This document shows, in pieces, positions 46,946 to 57,537 of a stretch of 59,632 nt of DNA. The notes beneath the pieces are model-generated. The model ran no database searches. It worked only from the letters and a program-made list of their open reading frames with translations, and was not told the origin of the DNA. The stretch comes from Ignavibacteriales bacterium (GTDB taxonomy: Bacteria; Bacteroidota; Ignavibacteria; Ignavibacteriales; Ignavibacteriaceae): contig JACPGF010000149.1 of assembly GCA_016182615.1 (NCBI GenBank), positions 1 to 59,632 of the forward strand, written 5' to 3'. The position numbers and the translations under genes were made by a program. Numbering within the stretch: the stretch's first letter is position 1; every line of letters begins with the position of its first letter.

Positions 46946-49336
46946 TTACCGCAAATTCCGGAAGCTATTGCTTAATTTGGATTTATTCCGAGAGAGTAAA
47001 TGTGGAGCCGGCGGGTTCGGCTCAATCCGCTGGCGGTTCGCATCTCCCGAAATTTTAAAATGTGAAATTGATTCTTTTAGATGCGTTGTCATGTTTATAA
47101 GGTTTTCTACCAGTCTGGCAATTTGTTCAGCACCTTCAGCGGTTTGCCGGGTAACAAGGTTAATGCCTTCCATATTTTTGCTGATTTGCTCAGCAGTTGA
47201 AGACTCCTCTTCGCTTGCAGCGGCAACATGGGTAATAACATCAGAAACTTTGTCTGTTTCGGTAATTATCTCTTTCAATGAAGAATCGGCCTGTTGGGCA
47301 AGTAAACGGCCAGTCTCGACTTCATGAGTACTATTACGCATGGACTTGACGGCATCGGCTGTATCAGTTTGAATTTGATGAATCATTTGGGCAATTTCTT
47401 TTGTTGCTTTCGAGGTTCGTTCCGCGAGTTTCCGGACTTCATCCGCGACAACCGCGAAACCACGGCCTTGCTCGCCGGCACGGGCAGCTTCAATTGCAGC
47501 GTTAAGAGCCAGCAGATTCGTCTGATCGGCAATTTCTTCAATTACTTGAACTATTTCTCCGATTTGATCGCTGTTATTCCCTAACGTTTCTATATTGGCG
47601 GCTGTGTCTTGTACAACCTTAGAAAGATGCGTCATACTCTCGATGGTTTTCGATACAATAGTACCACCTGATACAGCCTTTTTCCCTGCGGATTTTGCCG
47701 CATCAGAGGCTTGAGCTGTGTTTTGTGACGTTTCAAGTATCGTACGGGTCATTTCCTCGATAGCTGACACAACTTCATCTGTTTGTGCCGATTGCTCATG
47801 TGTTCCGGCTGCCATCTGATTTGTAAGTGAAGATATTTCAGTGCCGGTATTCGAGGTTTCCTGAATGATTTCATACAAAGTCCCGATCAGGTCGCGCAGG
47901 CTTTTTATAACATTATTAAAACCACGGAACAAAAAACCAACTGCATCATTATTCTCATTTTCCATCGAAATATTCAAATCACCTGTGGCTAATTTTTCCA
48001 TTTCGACCAGAAGGCTGTCAACACTATTCTGCAGGTAAAGGTTCGCGTAAACATGACAATTCTCTTTTTTGTTAAGGTTATTAAAAATGGCCATTGCCAT
48101 TTCCCCGCAATTGTTATATCCGCATGCTCCGCAGTTCAACTCGTCCTTTGGCTCAGTTTTTAGCATATCAGCATAAATATTTCTTGTTTGCAGTTCGTCA
48201 GGTTTCTTTAGCCGTTTCACTTCGTCAGATATAGAGAGGTTTGTATATTTCCTGTTGTAGATTTCCGGCTTCCAGAATTTTTTTACTGCTCTTTGGAGCC
48301 GCCGTTTCGCGAAAAACGAGTGTTGCAATAAACCTTTTTGTTTATACCTTTTCTGCATTTCAAGGTTTCGCTTTTCAATAGCCGATTCAATTTCATCTTG
48401 TGTTTTTCCTTTTGCAGTTCCGGTTCCCCCGTTGCAGCCAAGTTCACAATTCAAACAATCTATTAGCAGCGGAGCCGAGCCATTTTGAATGTTTTCATTA
48501 AGGTGGGCAAGATAATGATAGACTGTTTTAGGCCCTTCTATTTTACGGCTGACGTTTACAATACTAGGCACTTCACGTTGAGCTGTTCTTAACAGACCTC
48601 CCGGTGTTGAAAAAAGGACAGCTCTTTCAGCAGGCACATTATCAAAGTCTATTTTGGGAAATGCATGAAGGGATATTTGCTTTTCTTTTAGATAATCACT
48701 AATCTTTGCAAGAGTAACGTTATAATCACCCAATCCGACTTCCTGAAATTCACGCTTCTTTGCTACACAGGGCGATATTATCAAGGTTTTCATTCGCGAA
48801 AAGGATGGATAATAGTGGCGGATCATCTTTATCGTATGCATCATCGGGCTGTCTGCAGGTGCGAGATACTTGAGTAATTCCGGATGATAAATTTCGATAA
48901 AACTAACAATTGCAGGACACGGCTGAGAAATAACAGCTTTGGGCTTGTGCGCTTTTATATGCTGCAAATAACTTTCTATGGTCAATTCAGCACCAAGACT
49001 GACATCGAATATTGCAGCAACACCAAGCGATTTTAACCATCCGTTAAAATTAAGATATTCCTCAGGGAAAACAGCGGCTATCGCGGGTGCCACAACTGCA
49101 ACAATTTGTTCCCTGTTCTTCAAGTCCTTCATGGCAAGTTCAAAATCATCAATAATCGTGCGGGCATTTTGCGGGCATATTTCAATACACTCACCGCATC
49201 CAATGCATAACTCCTCGTGCAGGCTTACATGATCTCCGGATCCGTTGTTACAGAATTTAACCGGGCATACAGCAATACATCGGTGGCAATTAAGACATTT
49301 GTCTTTATTGACATCAACAACTTTAGATAAATTCAT
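46946..49336 (-). CDS. Soluble methyl-accepting chemotaxis protein with N-terminal [FeFe]-hydrogenase-like sensor module
   Basis: 796 aa. Two ferredoxin-type motifs ([24 protein letters not shown]). H-cluster-like motifs [31 protein letters not shown]. Extra Cys motif [17 protein letters not shown]-terminal MCP signalling domain [34 protein letters not shown]. No obvious TM helix. Confidence 0.85.
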   Translation of the reverse strand: MNLSKVVDVNKDKCLNCHRCIAVCPVKFCNNGSGDHVSLHEELCIGCGECIEICPQNARTIIDDFELAMKDLKNREQIVAVVAPAIAAVFPEEYLNFNGWLKSLGVAAIFDVSLGAELTIESYLQHIKAHKPKAVISQPCPAIVSFIEIYHPELLKYLAPADSPMMHTIKMIRHYYPSFSRMKTLIISPCVAKKREFQEVGLGDYNVTLAKISDYLKEKQISLHAFPKIDFDNVPAERAVLFSTPGGLLRTAQREVPSIVNVSRKIEGPKTVYHYLAHLNENIQNGSAPLLIDCLNCELGCNGGTGTAKGKTQDEIESAIEKRNLEMQKRYKQKGLLQHSFFAKRRLQRAVKKFWKPEIYNRKYTNLSISDEVKRLKKPDELQTRNIYADMLKTEPKDELNCGACGYNNCGEMAMAIFNNLNKKENCHVYANLYLQNSVDSLLVEMEKLATGDLNISMENENNDAVGFLFRGFNNVIKSLRDLIGTLYEIIQETSNTGTEISSLTNQMAAGTHEQSAQTDEVVSAIEEMTRTILETSQNTAQASDAAKSAGKKAVSGGTIVSKTIESMTHLSKVVQDTAANIETLGNNSDQIGEIVQVIEEIADQTNLLALNAAIEAARAGEQGRGFAVVADEVRKLAERTSKATKEIAQMIHQIQTDTADAVKSMRNSTHEVETGRLLAQQADSSLKEIITETDKVSDVITHVAAASEEESSTAEQISKNMEGINLVTRQTAEGAEQIARLVENLINMTTHLKESISHFKISGDANRQRIEPNPPAPHLLSRNKSKLSNSFRNLR

Positions 49337-49636
49337 AATAAATGTTTAAATGTTTGGATGATTAGTTTAACGAGTAATACATTGCAAGTGGTGTTGTGTG
49401 GGCAACAAGGCAAACTCCGTTATGCAAAAATCGTGATTTTTTACAAACTTTTATCTTATTCCATCACAAAAAAATCAGATATTTTAATTTAAATTGGAAA
49501 GTGTAAATCCGCAGAAAAATCTGTTTAGAAATTCAACAAAAGTTCTTAAACAGGTTTAATTTCTATACAGTTTTTAACTATAACACCCGGCAAACAATCA
49601 TTAATTTAATTCGGACACGGCTTTTAAAGAGCCGCT

Positions 49637-49795
49637 CTATTGTTTTGCCCTTAACCGTTTTACTGCGGCTTGTTCCTCATCAAGCATTATTGCCTCGCAA
49701 AGCAGGGCAATAATTATCTCTTCATCAATCTGTTCAACGGAGGTAATTTCTTTCCAGTAAATTTGTTTCCGGGGGTCTTTGTCATTGGCATCCAT
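49637..49795 (-). pseudogene. Truncated DUF1801-like gene fragment (C-terminal 52 codons only)
   Basis: Minus-strand reading is MDANDKDPRKQIYWKEITSVEQIDEEIIIALLCEAIMLDEEQAAVKRLRAKQ*, with a stop two codons upstream of the ATG. It matches the C-terminus of the intact gene at 54471-54887. Confidence 0.55.
49677..49773. repeat. 97-bp perfect direct repeat, copy 1 (partner 54521-54617)
   Basis: TCATCAAGCATTATTGCCTCGCAAAGCAGGGCAATAATTATCTCTTCATCAATCTGTTCAACGGAGGTAATTTCTTTCCAGTAAATTTGTTTCCGGG is identical at both loci. Flanks are partly similar. Confidence 0.85.
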
Positions 49796-49931
49796 TCTTT
49801 ATGTAACTCGGCTGGCGAGAATTGTGGTGCCGATTATTTACAGGATTATTCCAATGAAAATATATGTAAAAAAAAGACTGCCCTTGGATTCCAAGGGCAG
49901 TTCTGAAAGAGTTCTTATCGGCTTTAGCTTT

Positions 49932-51924
49932 TCATTTTTGTTTATCGAACACGATTGCAGACATATTCATTTTATAGCTGCCATAAATAAGGTTATAGAG
50001 CAGGGATATTTGATTTTTTTCTCCTTCACTTTTCAACAGTTGAGTAGTTTGCTTTATATTCACCCCGTTTGGTATGGAAGATGAATGCTCTATATTCGAA
50101 CCAAATTTGTTTTCAATGATGGTGTCTTTCAGCTGTGTCTGTATTTTCCAATTCCCCGGAAAAGTAATACTCGTTTCTTTTGTAAATATTTCGCGGCTTT
50201 TAATCTTTATTGGGTTAATCCGTTCAACAGTATCAACCTTCTGTGAATACAGATTAACCGGGCTTAATAAACCACCAGTCTGAAAAATGACTTCTTCGGG
50301 TGTTATAGTTACCAAATCATCAACATTATAATTTAATTCAATTATAAAGTCCTTATCAAGATCGGTCAAGTTCTTAATATCATAATGTAATGAGGAAATT
50401 GATATATCCTGTGAAAGGAAGTTCTTACGTATGATTTTTTCTGTTTCTTCCATTTTACTGTCGCTGAACAAAACCCTGTTGGTATAAGCAGGAATTCCAT
50501 GATAGGATTTTATTTCTTTCACTAAAATTTTCCCGTTTTCATCAATATTCAAATTTATTTTAGTATCCGTGGAATCTGTTGAATTGTGAAGATCGGGAAT
50601 TGTCCAGAATTTGCCATTCGTAAGCGCATCATTCGAAATCATTAAGGCAGTCTCATTATTCATTTCTTCCGGGATCTGTCCAACCGGCATATATTTGAGA
50701 TGCGGAAATATAACATACGTATCTTGCCCCATATTTATTTTCAGCGCCGGCACATCAAATTGATGGACTGAAATATATTTAGGATCGAAATAGCCATTGG
50801 AGGCTGAATGTATCAATAAATATTCAGTTTTTATATCGCATTTTTTGAGCATGTAGTATGCAAGCCCGCAAAGCTCATAGGGATTAGCAATTTTTTTGGA
50901 AAGAATATCGGAAAAGTCACGTTCATTATAATCATTGATTATTTTGATGTTTTGTTGGAGAAATGAAAGAATGTTCTTCATTTTCGTAAGGGGGGGGCAT
51001 CTCATTGTTGGTAAGTTCTCTTGTTTTTATGCCAACTGCCGTTGAAAAAAAACCGTCCTTATCCATGACGTATTTTTTAAATTGTGAAGACAAGTTCGGC
51101 CATGTGGTAAAATCGTAAAAACTTGGTGTTAGTTCTAAACCTACAACCCGTAATTGTATATAGGGCGAAATTTCACGGTAATAGGGGGCAAAGGGTTCCA
51201 GCTTTCTTTCCGGGAACATAGTCCCTTTGAAAGTAAAACTCTGTTTGTGGTTCTGTTCATTTAATTCTCTATTGAGCGGAGCTTGCACTGTTTTTGAAAC
51301 ATTTTTAGATTGGATATTCCACCAATCGGGGAATAAAAAACTAATTTGAACATTTTCTGCCGGATTGTTTTTTAAAACATTCAGGTCATATTCCATTAGC
51401 GGTAATTTCCTCGAGACGTGAAAGGTTCTATCAAATCCCTGATCCACATAGGTGCCTTTTTCTGTTCCCGGGATGTTAAGTTTTAATATTCTGTTCCCGT
51501 TATTATCGCTGCTTTCACTAAAGTGTTTTTTTTCAAACCGCTGTATCTTCCCTGAGGGAGATTTTGTCACAACATATATGTTATTGAGTACATCGTCAGG
51601 CCCAATATGAAGGCTAACCAAGGAAGCATCTTTGTCGTCGGGATCTAAAACAATGTATTTTAAATAGGAGATGGTATGGTATTTCCAATTTGTAATATCC
51701 CCCATCTGTTTCGTTGCAGAATGTTCAAAAATTGCTGAAGCATCTAAAAATACACCAGGCTGAGCAGGGTATTTTTTTTCGTATTCCGTGATATCAAATT
51801 TTAAAGATCCTAAAACCGAATCAGATGGCGCAGCAATATGTTTAGTGACTCGGGGGGAAAAGGTACATGAAGCAAGCAACCAAATGAGTAGTAAACAACT
51901 AACGGGTAATAGTTTTTTGAGCAT
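49932..51924 (-). pseudogene. DUF3857/transglutaminase-like/DUF3858-type protein split by a -1/+2 frameshift in a C8 tract
   Basis: ORFs 50932-51924 and 49932-51005 overlap at ATGCCCCCCCCTTACG (G8 on the plus strand, 50990-50997). A 7-C tract would fuse them into ...TNNEMPPLTKMKNILSFLQQNIK..., colinear with the 626-aa paralog immediately upstream on the minus strand (51899-53779). Confidence 0.6.
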
Positions 51925-53779
51925 TGTTTTCTCCTAACAAAAACATATTCGATTTGTTTTTTAAATAGTTCTCATAAAAATTCAGAAAACCTGTTTTAGA
52001 ATAACCTTCAACAATCCGGTTATATTGAGATATCTTGTAAGACAGTTTAATTGTATTGGGAGCAGCCTGCACAGCTTGAGCTGTTAGTCCAAGCGAATCA
52101 AGATCTCCGATTTTCAATTCCTGTGCTTCCGTGTGTAAACCGGTTCCTTGCAAGTCTATTATTAACGAACCATTGTATCTCCCTAAAAATACAATTGGAT
52201 ATTTGTCTGTTTTGCGATTGAGGATATCTGCATTCCATAAACTAAATGCTGTTTGCGGGGCAAAATGGCTTTTAGAAGTTGAAATAATAAATGCTGATAA
52301 ATCAAATTTCGCAGTAAGCACTATTGAATCTTCATTGGAAGAGATTTCTTTAATGTCAATAATACGTACTTTGTTCAATCCGTTAGTTAAATATCTGGAC
52401 AGTGTGTTTTCAAACAATGAGCCCGTCTGTTGCTTTTTTAATGAATTATAGGCAATTATTTCTTGCCTGGTCAGTATAATATTTCCAGTTCCAAACCGTA
52501 AAGAATCCATTTTCGCGGTAATATAAAAAACGACACTGGGTTTGGGTGACGTTTCTTGTAAGGTAACCCATCGCGGGTTCTCCGGATCAAGTACAAGCAC
52601 ATTCTCATCAATTTCCATTTCAGGAAGAATGCCGAAAGGGCAGTTTTTTGAGGTGGCATCAAAAAAAACGGTCTCAGATGAACTCGCATAAACATTGAGA
52701 ACATGGTTAAATTTCCAAGGGTAGGTATGGCCTGATTTAATGGACTCGTTATCCGGGAACAGAACATAATATACTGGTAGAGAGTGCTCGGCAGCAATAG
52801 CCATTATCAGTGTGGCTCTCTCCTTACAATCTGCAAATTTACTAGCCAGTATTTCGGAAGGTTTTCTGGGAACAAGCCCTGAGAATTTCTTTTTTTCAAA
52901 AGCATAACGGAAATTCAAACGGACATAATCATAGATTATTTTTATCTTGCTTAAATCATTGCTTTGTTGCCGTATGGTATCATAAAGTATTTTTTTGTCT
53001 GCTGAATCAAGGCGCGGCTGCAAAGGTGTTAAGCCTGCATACCATTCTGTAATCCCCCTCGGGGTTACTGGTAAAATTTCCTTACCATTTTTCTTTAAAG
53101 AGAAAACAATCTCACCGGAAGAGTTATTTGCATTATAATGATCGAGGCTTGTTTCATATTGAATATTTTTAACCATGAGCACTGTTTTTTCAGAATCGCT
53201 GCTATCAATCGTGTAAGCAATATCCGATCGTGACGGAATAATGGTAAATGCAACTTTAACACTGTCTGAATGGTAAATACTAACTTTGAAAGAAACAATT
53301 GAGTCGATTTTTGGGATTGTAATGCTGCTAAAAAATTTTTCGCTGACGTAATCAGTCTGGTAGGCATAACGGAATTTGTCACCAATTTTTGGGGCTCTCG
53401 CTAGTTCAATACGGTAAATGATATCATCGGTGATAAAATCATCTGCTTCAGAAGGCGAGTCATATTTAACATCAGATAGATCATAATTATTTTCATCAAA
53501 AACGTAATTAATTTTTGAAATTTTACTTATATATGACGATGGAATAGTATAACTCATTTTATCTGTTGAGCGTTTTGATATATAGTCTACTTCATTTCTG
53601 GTAATTGAAGTAACTCTAAATTCGTTTTGCTTGGGTTCGGCGATAGTAATATCAATGCAGGATTTATACAAAAAATCGGGGGACTGAGAAAAGGACAATT
53701 TAGTGAAGAAGGCAAATAGTACGAAAGTAAAAAGCACTCGTATCTTTTCTGATTCTTTAAAAGGAATACTCACAAACAA
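51899..53779 (-). CDS. Secreted DUF3857/transglutaminase-like/DUF3858-type protein
   Basis: 626 aa with signal peptide. Transglutaminase-like core FADCKERATLIMAIAAEHSLPVYYVLF ... NHVLNVY ... FFDAT (Cys-His-Asp spacing). Confidence 0.65.
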   Translation of the reverse strand: MFVSIPFKESEKIRVLFTFVLFAFFTKLSFSQSPDFLYKSCIDITIAEPKQNEFRVTSITRNEVDYISKRSTDKMSYTIPSSYISKISKINYVFDENNYDLSDVKYDSPSEADDFITDDIIYRIELARAPKIGDKFRYAYQTDYVSEKFFSSITIPKIDSIVSFKVSIYHSDSVKVAFTIIPSRSDIAYTIDSSDSEKTVLMVKNIQYETSLDHYNANNSSGEIVFSLKKNGKEILPVTPRGITEWYAGLTPLQPRLDSADKKILYDTIRQQSNDLSKIKIIYDYVRLNFRYAFEKKKFSGLVPRKPSEILASKFADCKERATLIMAIAAEHSLPVYYVLFPDNESIKSGHTYPWKFNHVLNVYASSSETVFFDATSKNCPFGILPEMEIDENVLVLDPENPRWVTLQETSPKPSVVFYITAKMDSLRFGTGNIILTRQEIIAYNSLKKQQTGSLFENTLSRYLTNGLNKVRIIDIKEISSNEDSIVLTAKFDLSAFIISTSKSHFAPQTAFSLWNADILNRKTDKYPIVFLGRYNGSLIIDLQGTGLHTEAQELKIGDLDSLGLTAQAVQAAPNTIKLSYKISQYNRIVEGYSKTGFLNFYENYLKNKSNMFLLGENNAQKTITR

Positions 53780-54470
53780 CTCAGTTTTCTTTTCATGCAG
53801 TAGTTAATTCCACATTGGGTGGATACAAATTTACAAATAATAGTCTGAAAACAAAACAGATTGCTCTTTGAAACAATGAATTATTAAAAACAGATGAACC
53901 CTGAACTGTGCCTGCAAAACTTCTGACAAATTTGGATTAGCAAAAAACAGGATATGAGTTAAAGAAATAAAGCATTTTGAGTATTTCCGCACGCTAAGGC
54001 AAAAAACAGATATAAGATGCTCAGTCTATGAACTCTGAAAAACCGCGTCTTGGGCATGAGTTGTTAACATAATAAAGACTGCCAACATTACAATAAAAGA
54101 AGAAAAACACAATCCGATGTTCATATAAAAACCTGTGCCCTCAATTCTCTATCAGAAAACCGATAAATGCATAGTAAACAAAAACAAATAACACCGTTTC
54201 TTTGCACCCGAAATACCTCCCATTCGATGTACAGAGAAGATAGTTGGAATATATAGAAAAATTTATTTCGCTCTTTGCTATTCCATTAATTCTAAAGGAA
54301 TAAATTCTAAAAATCGATAGCAGTTTTCTGATGTAATAACCAGTCAGCACAGAAAGGGACAAAATGTTCAAAATAATCACCCGGATCCCACGTACTAAAC
54401 AGCCGAAGATAGAATTCTATTATATAATAGCCGGAACCGGTTGAGCTAATTTACTGTCACTGCAAAAAAA

Positions 54471-54887
54471 TTACCTCTGCTTTCGCATCCTTTTTGCAGC
54501 CTCGTGTTCTTCATCAAGCATTATTGCCTCGCAAAGCAGGGCAATAATTATCTCTTCATCAATCTGTTCAACGGAGGTAATTTCTTTCCAGTAAATTTGT
54601 TTCCGGGTGCCTTTATCAAGGTAACCGTACTCATCGATAAGTAAATACCCTTTGGCAAAACCCAATCGTACTCCTTTTTGCTTCGAGTTACCCCATTGTA
54701 CCGAAGGAGGCCAGATAAAACAAACCGTGTTATGCAAACTGAAGTAGGGGACATTGTACGACAGCTTTTCGGTGCAGTGCGGCATACATGTATGTATTAT
54801 GTTCCGCAATTTCTGTACAATGAGGCTTTCTGCCTCGGGAATGAAATTATAAAACTCAGCCAAATTCCCGAAGTTGACATTTTGCAT
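54471..54887 (-). CDS. DUF1801 (YdhG-like) domain protein
   Basis: 138 aa from ATG 54887 (MQNVNFGNLAEFYNFIPE...KLSYNVPYF...). The listed 216-aa ORF adds an implausible low-complexity N-terminal extension. Confidence 0.65.
   Translation of the reverse strand: MQNVNFGNLAEFYNFIPEAESLIVQKLRNIIHTCMPHCTEKLSYNVPYFSLHNTVCFIWPPSVQWGNSKQKGVRLGFAKGYLLIDEYGYLDKGTRKQIYWKEITSVEQIDEEIIIALLCEAIMLDEEHEAAKRMRKQR
54521..54617. repeat. 97-bp perfect direct repeat, copy 2 (partner 49677-49773)
   Basis: Identical to 49677-49773. Lies within the 3' end of the intact DUF1801 gene. Confidence 0.85.
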
Positions 54888-55429
54888 GCTTTTACTTTTT
54901 TTCACGGTCAATCTATTCTTTCTGTTTGTGCAATTTGATTTTATAAGATAGAAAACATGCAAAAGTAATACAATAATCCGGATTAAAAACCATGATAAAC
55001 TGCTTGTACATGATAGGAAAAATGGTGCGGTTAATCGTGTAAAACTTGCAAAAAATTGCTCCGGCAAAAAAATAAAAGTACGTAAGAAAAAATATGCAGG
55101 TTTTACAACAGCAAACAACACGTATCTTTGAGCAAAAAAAGTTTTTACACGCGGTAAAACGTAAAATATTTTTTAACAACGTTATAAGCATGTAAAATTT
55201 TCTTTTAACCTGCCAATTGCTATGTATGTATAGTTTATCCGCTTATAAAGCGGATAGAAAGTATATAACCGGTTTGCAGCCGGATATATTTTTAAAAAAT
55301 TTAAAAAAATATTCCCTGTATTTTTCTGATTAATGAAAAAATATTTTTTGAAATGTTGCATATTAACAAAACATCATTTATATATGTATTATATTTGCAA
55401 AAAATAATTTATTTATTAGAAAAATTTGT

Positions 55430-56503
55430 TTGATTAGCGACCGTTTAAATGTAGTAATAACCTTCAACGCGAAACCGGAAAACAACTCTTCCGCCGCATC
55501 GTTGTCCCCTGAAGTTCCTCATCAAGAATCTCCTGCTCCCTCTACACTGTATGATGACCAATTTGCAGAGTGGGACTCGTGGGAAACCATACATGCAGTT
55601 GAAGCTGCACTCGCTACAAAACATCATGTACAGCTTGTAGAAGCGACTCCCGCTGCACTGCAAACATTAATTGATAAAAAACCCGACATCGTTTTTAATA
55701 TTGCCGAAGGATATCATGGTATAAGCCGCGAGGCACAGGTGCCCGCGCTGCTTGATATGCTTAATATCCCTTATTCGGGGTCAGACCCGTTAACTTTATC
55801 AATTTGTTTGGACAAAGCCCGCACGAAAGAAATTTTAAGTTTTCACAACATACCCAATGCGCGGTTTATCAATGCTTATTCGGCTGCAGATGTTGCAAAT
55901 CATCAACTTCAGTACCCTCTTATCGTAAAACCGGTTGGTGAAGGTTCCGGCAAAGGTATATTTGCCTCGTCATACGTTGAAGACGAACAGTCTCTGCTGC
56001 GTGAGGTTGAACGGATTACTACAGAGTACAAACAGCCCGCGCTGGTTGAAGAATTTTTAAGCGGCCGCGAGTTTACCGTGGCAGTAATGGGTAACGGCAA
56101 AACGGCAAAAGTCCTGCCCATCATCGAAATTTCATTTGCCGGTCTGCCTGAAGGCACAGTGCCAATGTACTCGTACGAGACTAAATGGGTATATGATACA
56201 AAAGACAATGATTTGGATATTCACCATTGCCCCGCCCCGGTTAGCGATGAACTTGAAAAACGGATAAGTGAAATTTGCCTTGCCGCGTACAATGTTTTAC
56301 GGTGCCGTGACTGGAGCCGTATTGATGTCCGGTGCGATAAAGACGGTAACCCGCATATTATCGAGATAAACCCGCTGCCGGGCATATTACCCGACCCCGC
56401 GGATAACTCGTGCTACCCGAAAGCCGCCCGCACAGCCGGATATTCTTATAATGATATGCTGCTCTCGGTGCTTGATGCCGCCCGTGAAAGATACGGCCTA
56501 TGA
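55430..56503 (+). CDS. ATP-grasp ligase, D-alanine--D-alanine ligase-like family (paralog 1)
   Basis: 357 aa with TTG start per the ORF track. PDIVFNIAEGYHG..REAQVPALLDMLNIPYSGS, KPVGEGSGKGI, EEFLSGREFTVAVMG, RIDVRCDKDGNPHIIEINPLPG. Confidence 0.8.
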   Translation: MISDRLNVVITFNAKPENNSSAASLSPEVPHQESPAPSTLYDDQFAEWDSWETIHAVEAALATKHHVQLVEATPAALQTLIDKKPDIVFNIAEGYHGISREAQVPALLDMLNIPYSGSDPLTLSICLDKARTKEILSFHNIPNARFINAYSAADVANHQLQYPLIVKPVGEGSGKGIFASSYVEDEQSLLREVERITTEYKQPALVEEFLSGREFTVAVMGNGKTAKVLPIIEISFAGLPEGTVPMYSYETKWVYDTKDNDLDIHHCPAPVSDELEKRISEICLAAYNVLRCRDWSRIDVRCDKDGNPHIIEINPLPGILPDPADNSCYPKAARTAGYSYNDMLLSVLDAARERYGL

Positions 56504-57537
56504 AACCTGAACCGCTTAACGTGCTGCTCTGCTATAACTCGCCTGTTACCCTTTACACTAATTACTCCGGTAAAGAGCGTGAAGATAACTCCATTCCGGA
56601 TGACAATTCAGAGACATGGTTTGAACACGGTATGCAGGAAATGGTATCGGTACTGCGGGAGCATTTTAGCAATGTAACCACTACCACCATCAATGGCAAT
56701 GTTTACGAGTCTATCGACAAGTTACGTTCATTAAAGCCCGATGTTATTTTCAATCTGGTTGAAAGCATCGAGGGAAACACTGAATTTGAAGCCTACCACG
56801 AGGGTTTGTATGAACTGATGCAGGTGCGGTACACGGGTAATATCCCTGTCTGCACGGCAAACTGTTTGAACAAATTCCGTGCGAAGCAATTATTAAAAGC
56901 ATACGGCCTGCCGGTTCCCGGAGCTGCCGTCTGGAACACTGGAATGAAGCCCGAACATTGTATGAAGGGGCTGCAATTTCCGGTTATTACAAAATTATTA
57001 ACAGAAGACGCGAGTATTGGCATTAGCGAACAAAGTGTTGTGCATGATATGGAAGCCCTTGAAACACAGTGCGCATTTCTTGCAGAGCATTTTCATCAGC
57101 CGGTGCTGATTGAAGAGTACATAGAGGGGCGGGAGTTTAATATTGCTGTACTGGGCAAACAGGTTTTGCCCGTTAGTGAAATATGTTTTGACGGTCTTCC
57201 GGAAAATTTTCCAAAAATTGTAACGTATGAAGGAAAATGGATGGAAGACAGTGTGTATTATCGTCATACGGTTCCGCAATGCCCGGCAAACATTACCGTT
57301 GAGCTGCGTGAAAAGCTGCAAGCTTTAGCACGCCACGCTTACGAGGTGATGCAATGCCGCGACTATGCCCGGATTGATGTCCGGACAGATAAGCATGACG
57401 CACCGTATGTTATAGAAGTTAACCCTAATCCCGATTTATCCTCGGACGCGGGGTTCGCGCGGGCTGCAAAAGCGGCTGGCTTAAGTTACTCTCAATTGCT
57501 TAAAACCATTGTGGATTTTGCACGTGAACGTAACTGA
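56500..57537 (+). CDS. ATP-grasp ligase, D-alanine--D-alanine ligase-like family (paralog 2)
   Basis: 345 aa with ATGA overlap with paralog 1. PDVIFNLVESIEGN, EEYIEGREFNIAVLG, RIDVRTDKHDAPYVIEVNPNPD. Confidence 0.8.
   Translation: MKPEPLNVLLCYNSPVTLYTNYSGKEREDNSIPDDNSETWFEHGMQEMVSVLREHFSNVTTTTINGNVYESIDKLRSLKPDVIFNLVESIEGNTEFEAYHEGLYELMQVRYTGNIPVCTANCLNKFRAKQLLKAYGLPVPGAAVWNTGMKPEHCMKGLQFPVITKLLTEDASIGISEQSVVHDMEALETQCAFLAEHFHQPVLIEEYIEGREFNIAVLGKQVLPVSEICFDGLPENFPKIVTYEGKWMEDSVYYRHTVPQCPANITVELREKLQALARHAYEVMQCRDYARIDVRTDKHDAPYVIEVNPNPDLSSDAGFARAAKAAGLSYSQLLKTIVDFARERN

Noticed and set aside
54141-54380. 79-aa minus-strand ORF in the 690-bp gap between the DUF1801 and DUF3857 genes
   Set aside because: The composition is Ile/Phe/Tyr-rich, driven by AT-rich DNA. 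There is no Shine-Dalgarno site and no homolog pattern.
54888-55121. 78-codon N-terminal extension of the DUF1801 ORF (and overlapping ORF 54913-55191)
   Set aside because: The extension is Phe/Leu-rich and comes from AT-rich promoter DNA. DUF1801 proteins are ~120-140 aa, and the ATG at 54887 fits that.
55236-55256. Perfect hairpin/palindrome TATCCGCTT-ATA-AAGCGGATA in the divergent promoter region upstream of the ATP-grasp operon
   Set aside because: It could be an operator or a bidirectional terminator. It is a single copy with no adjacent T-run and no regulator gene nearby, which is too little to call.
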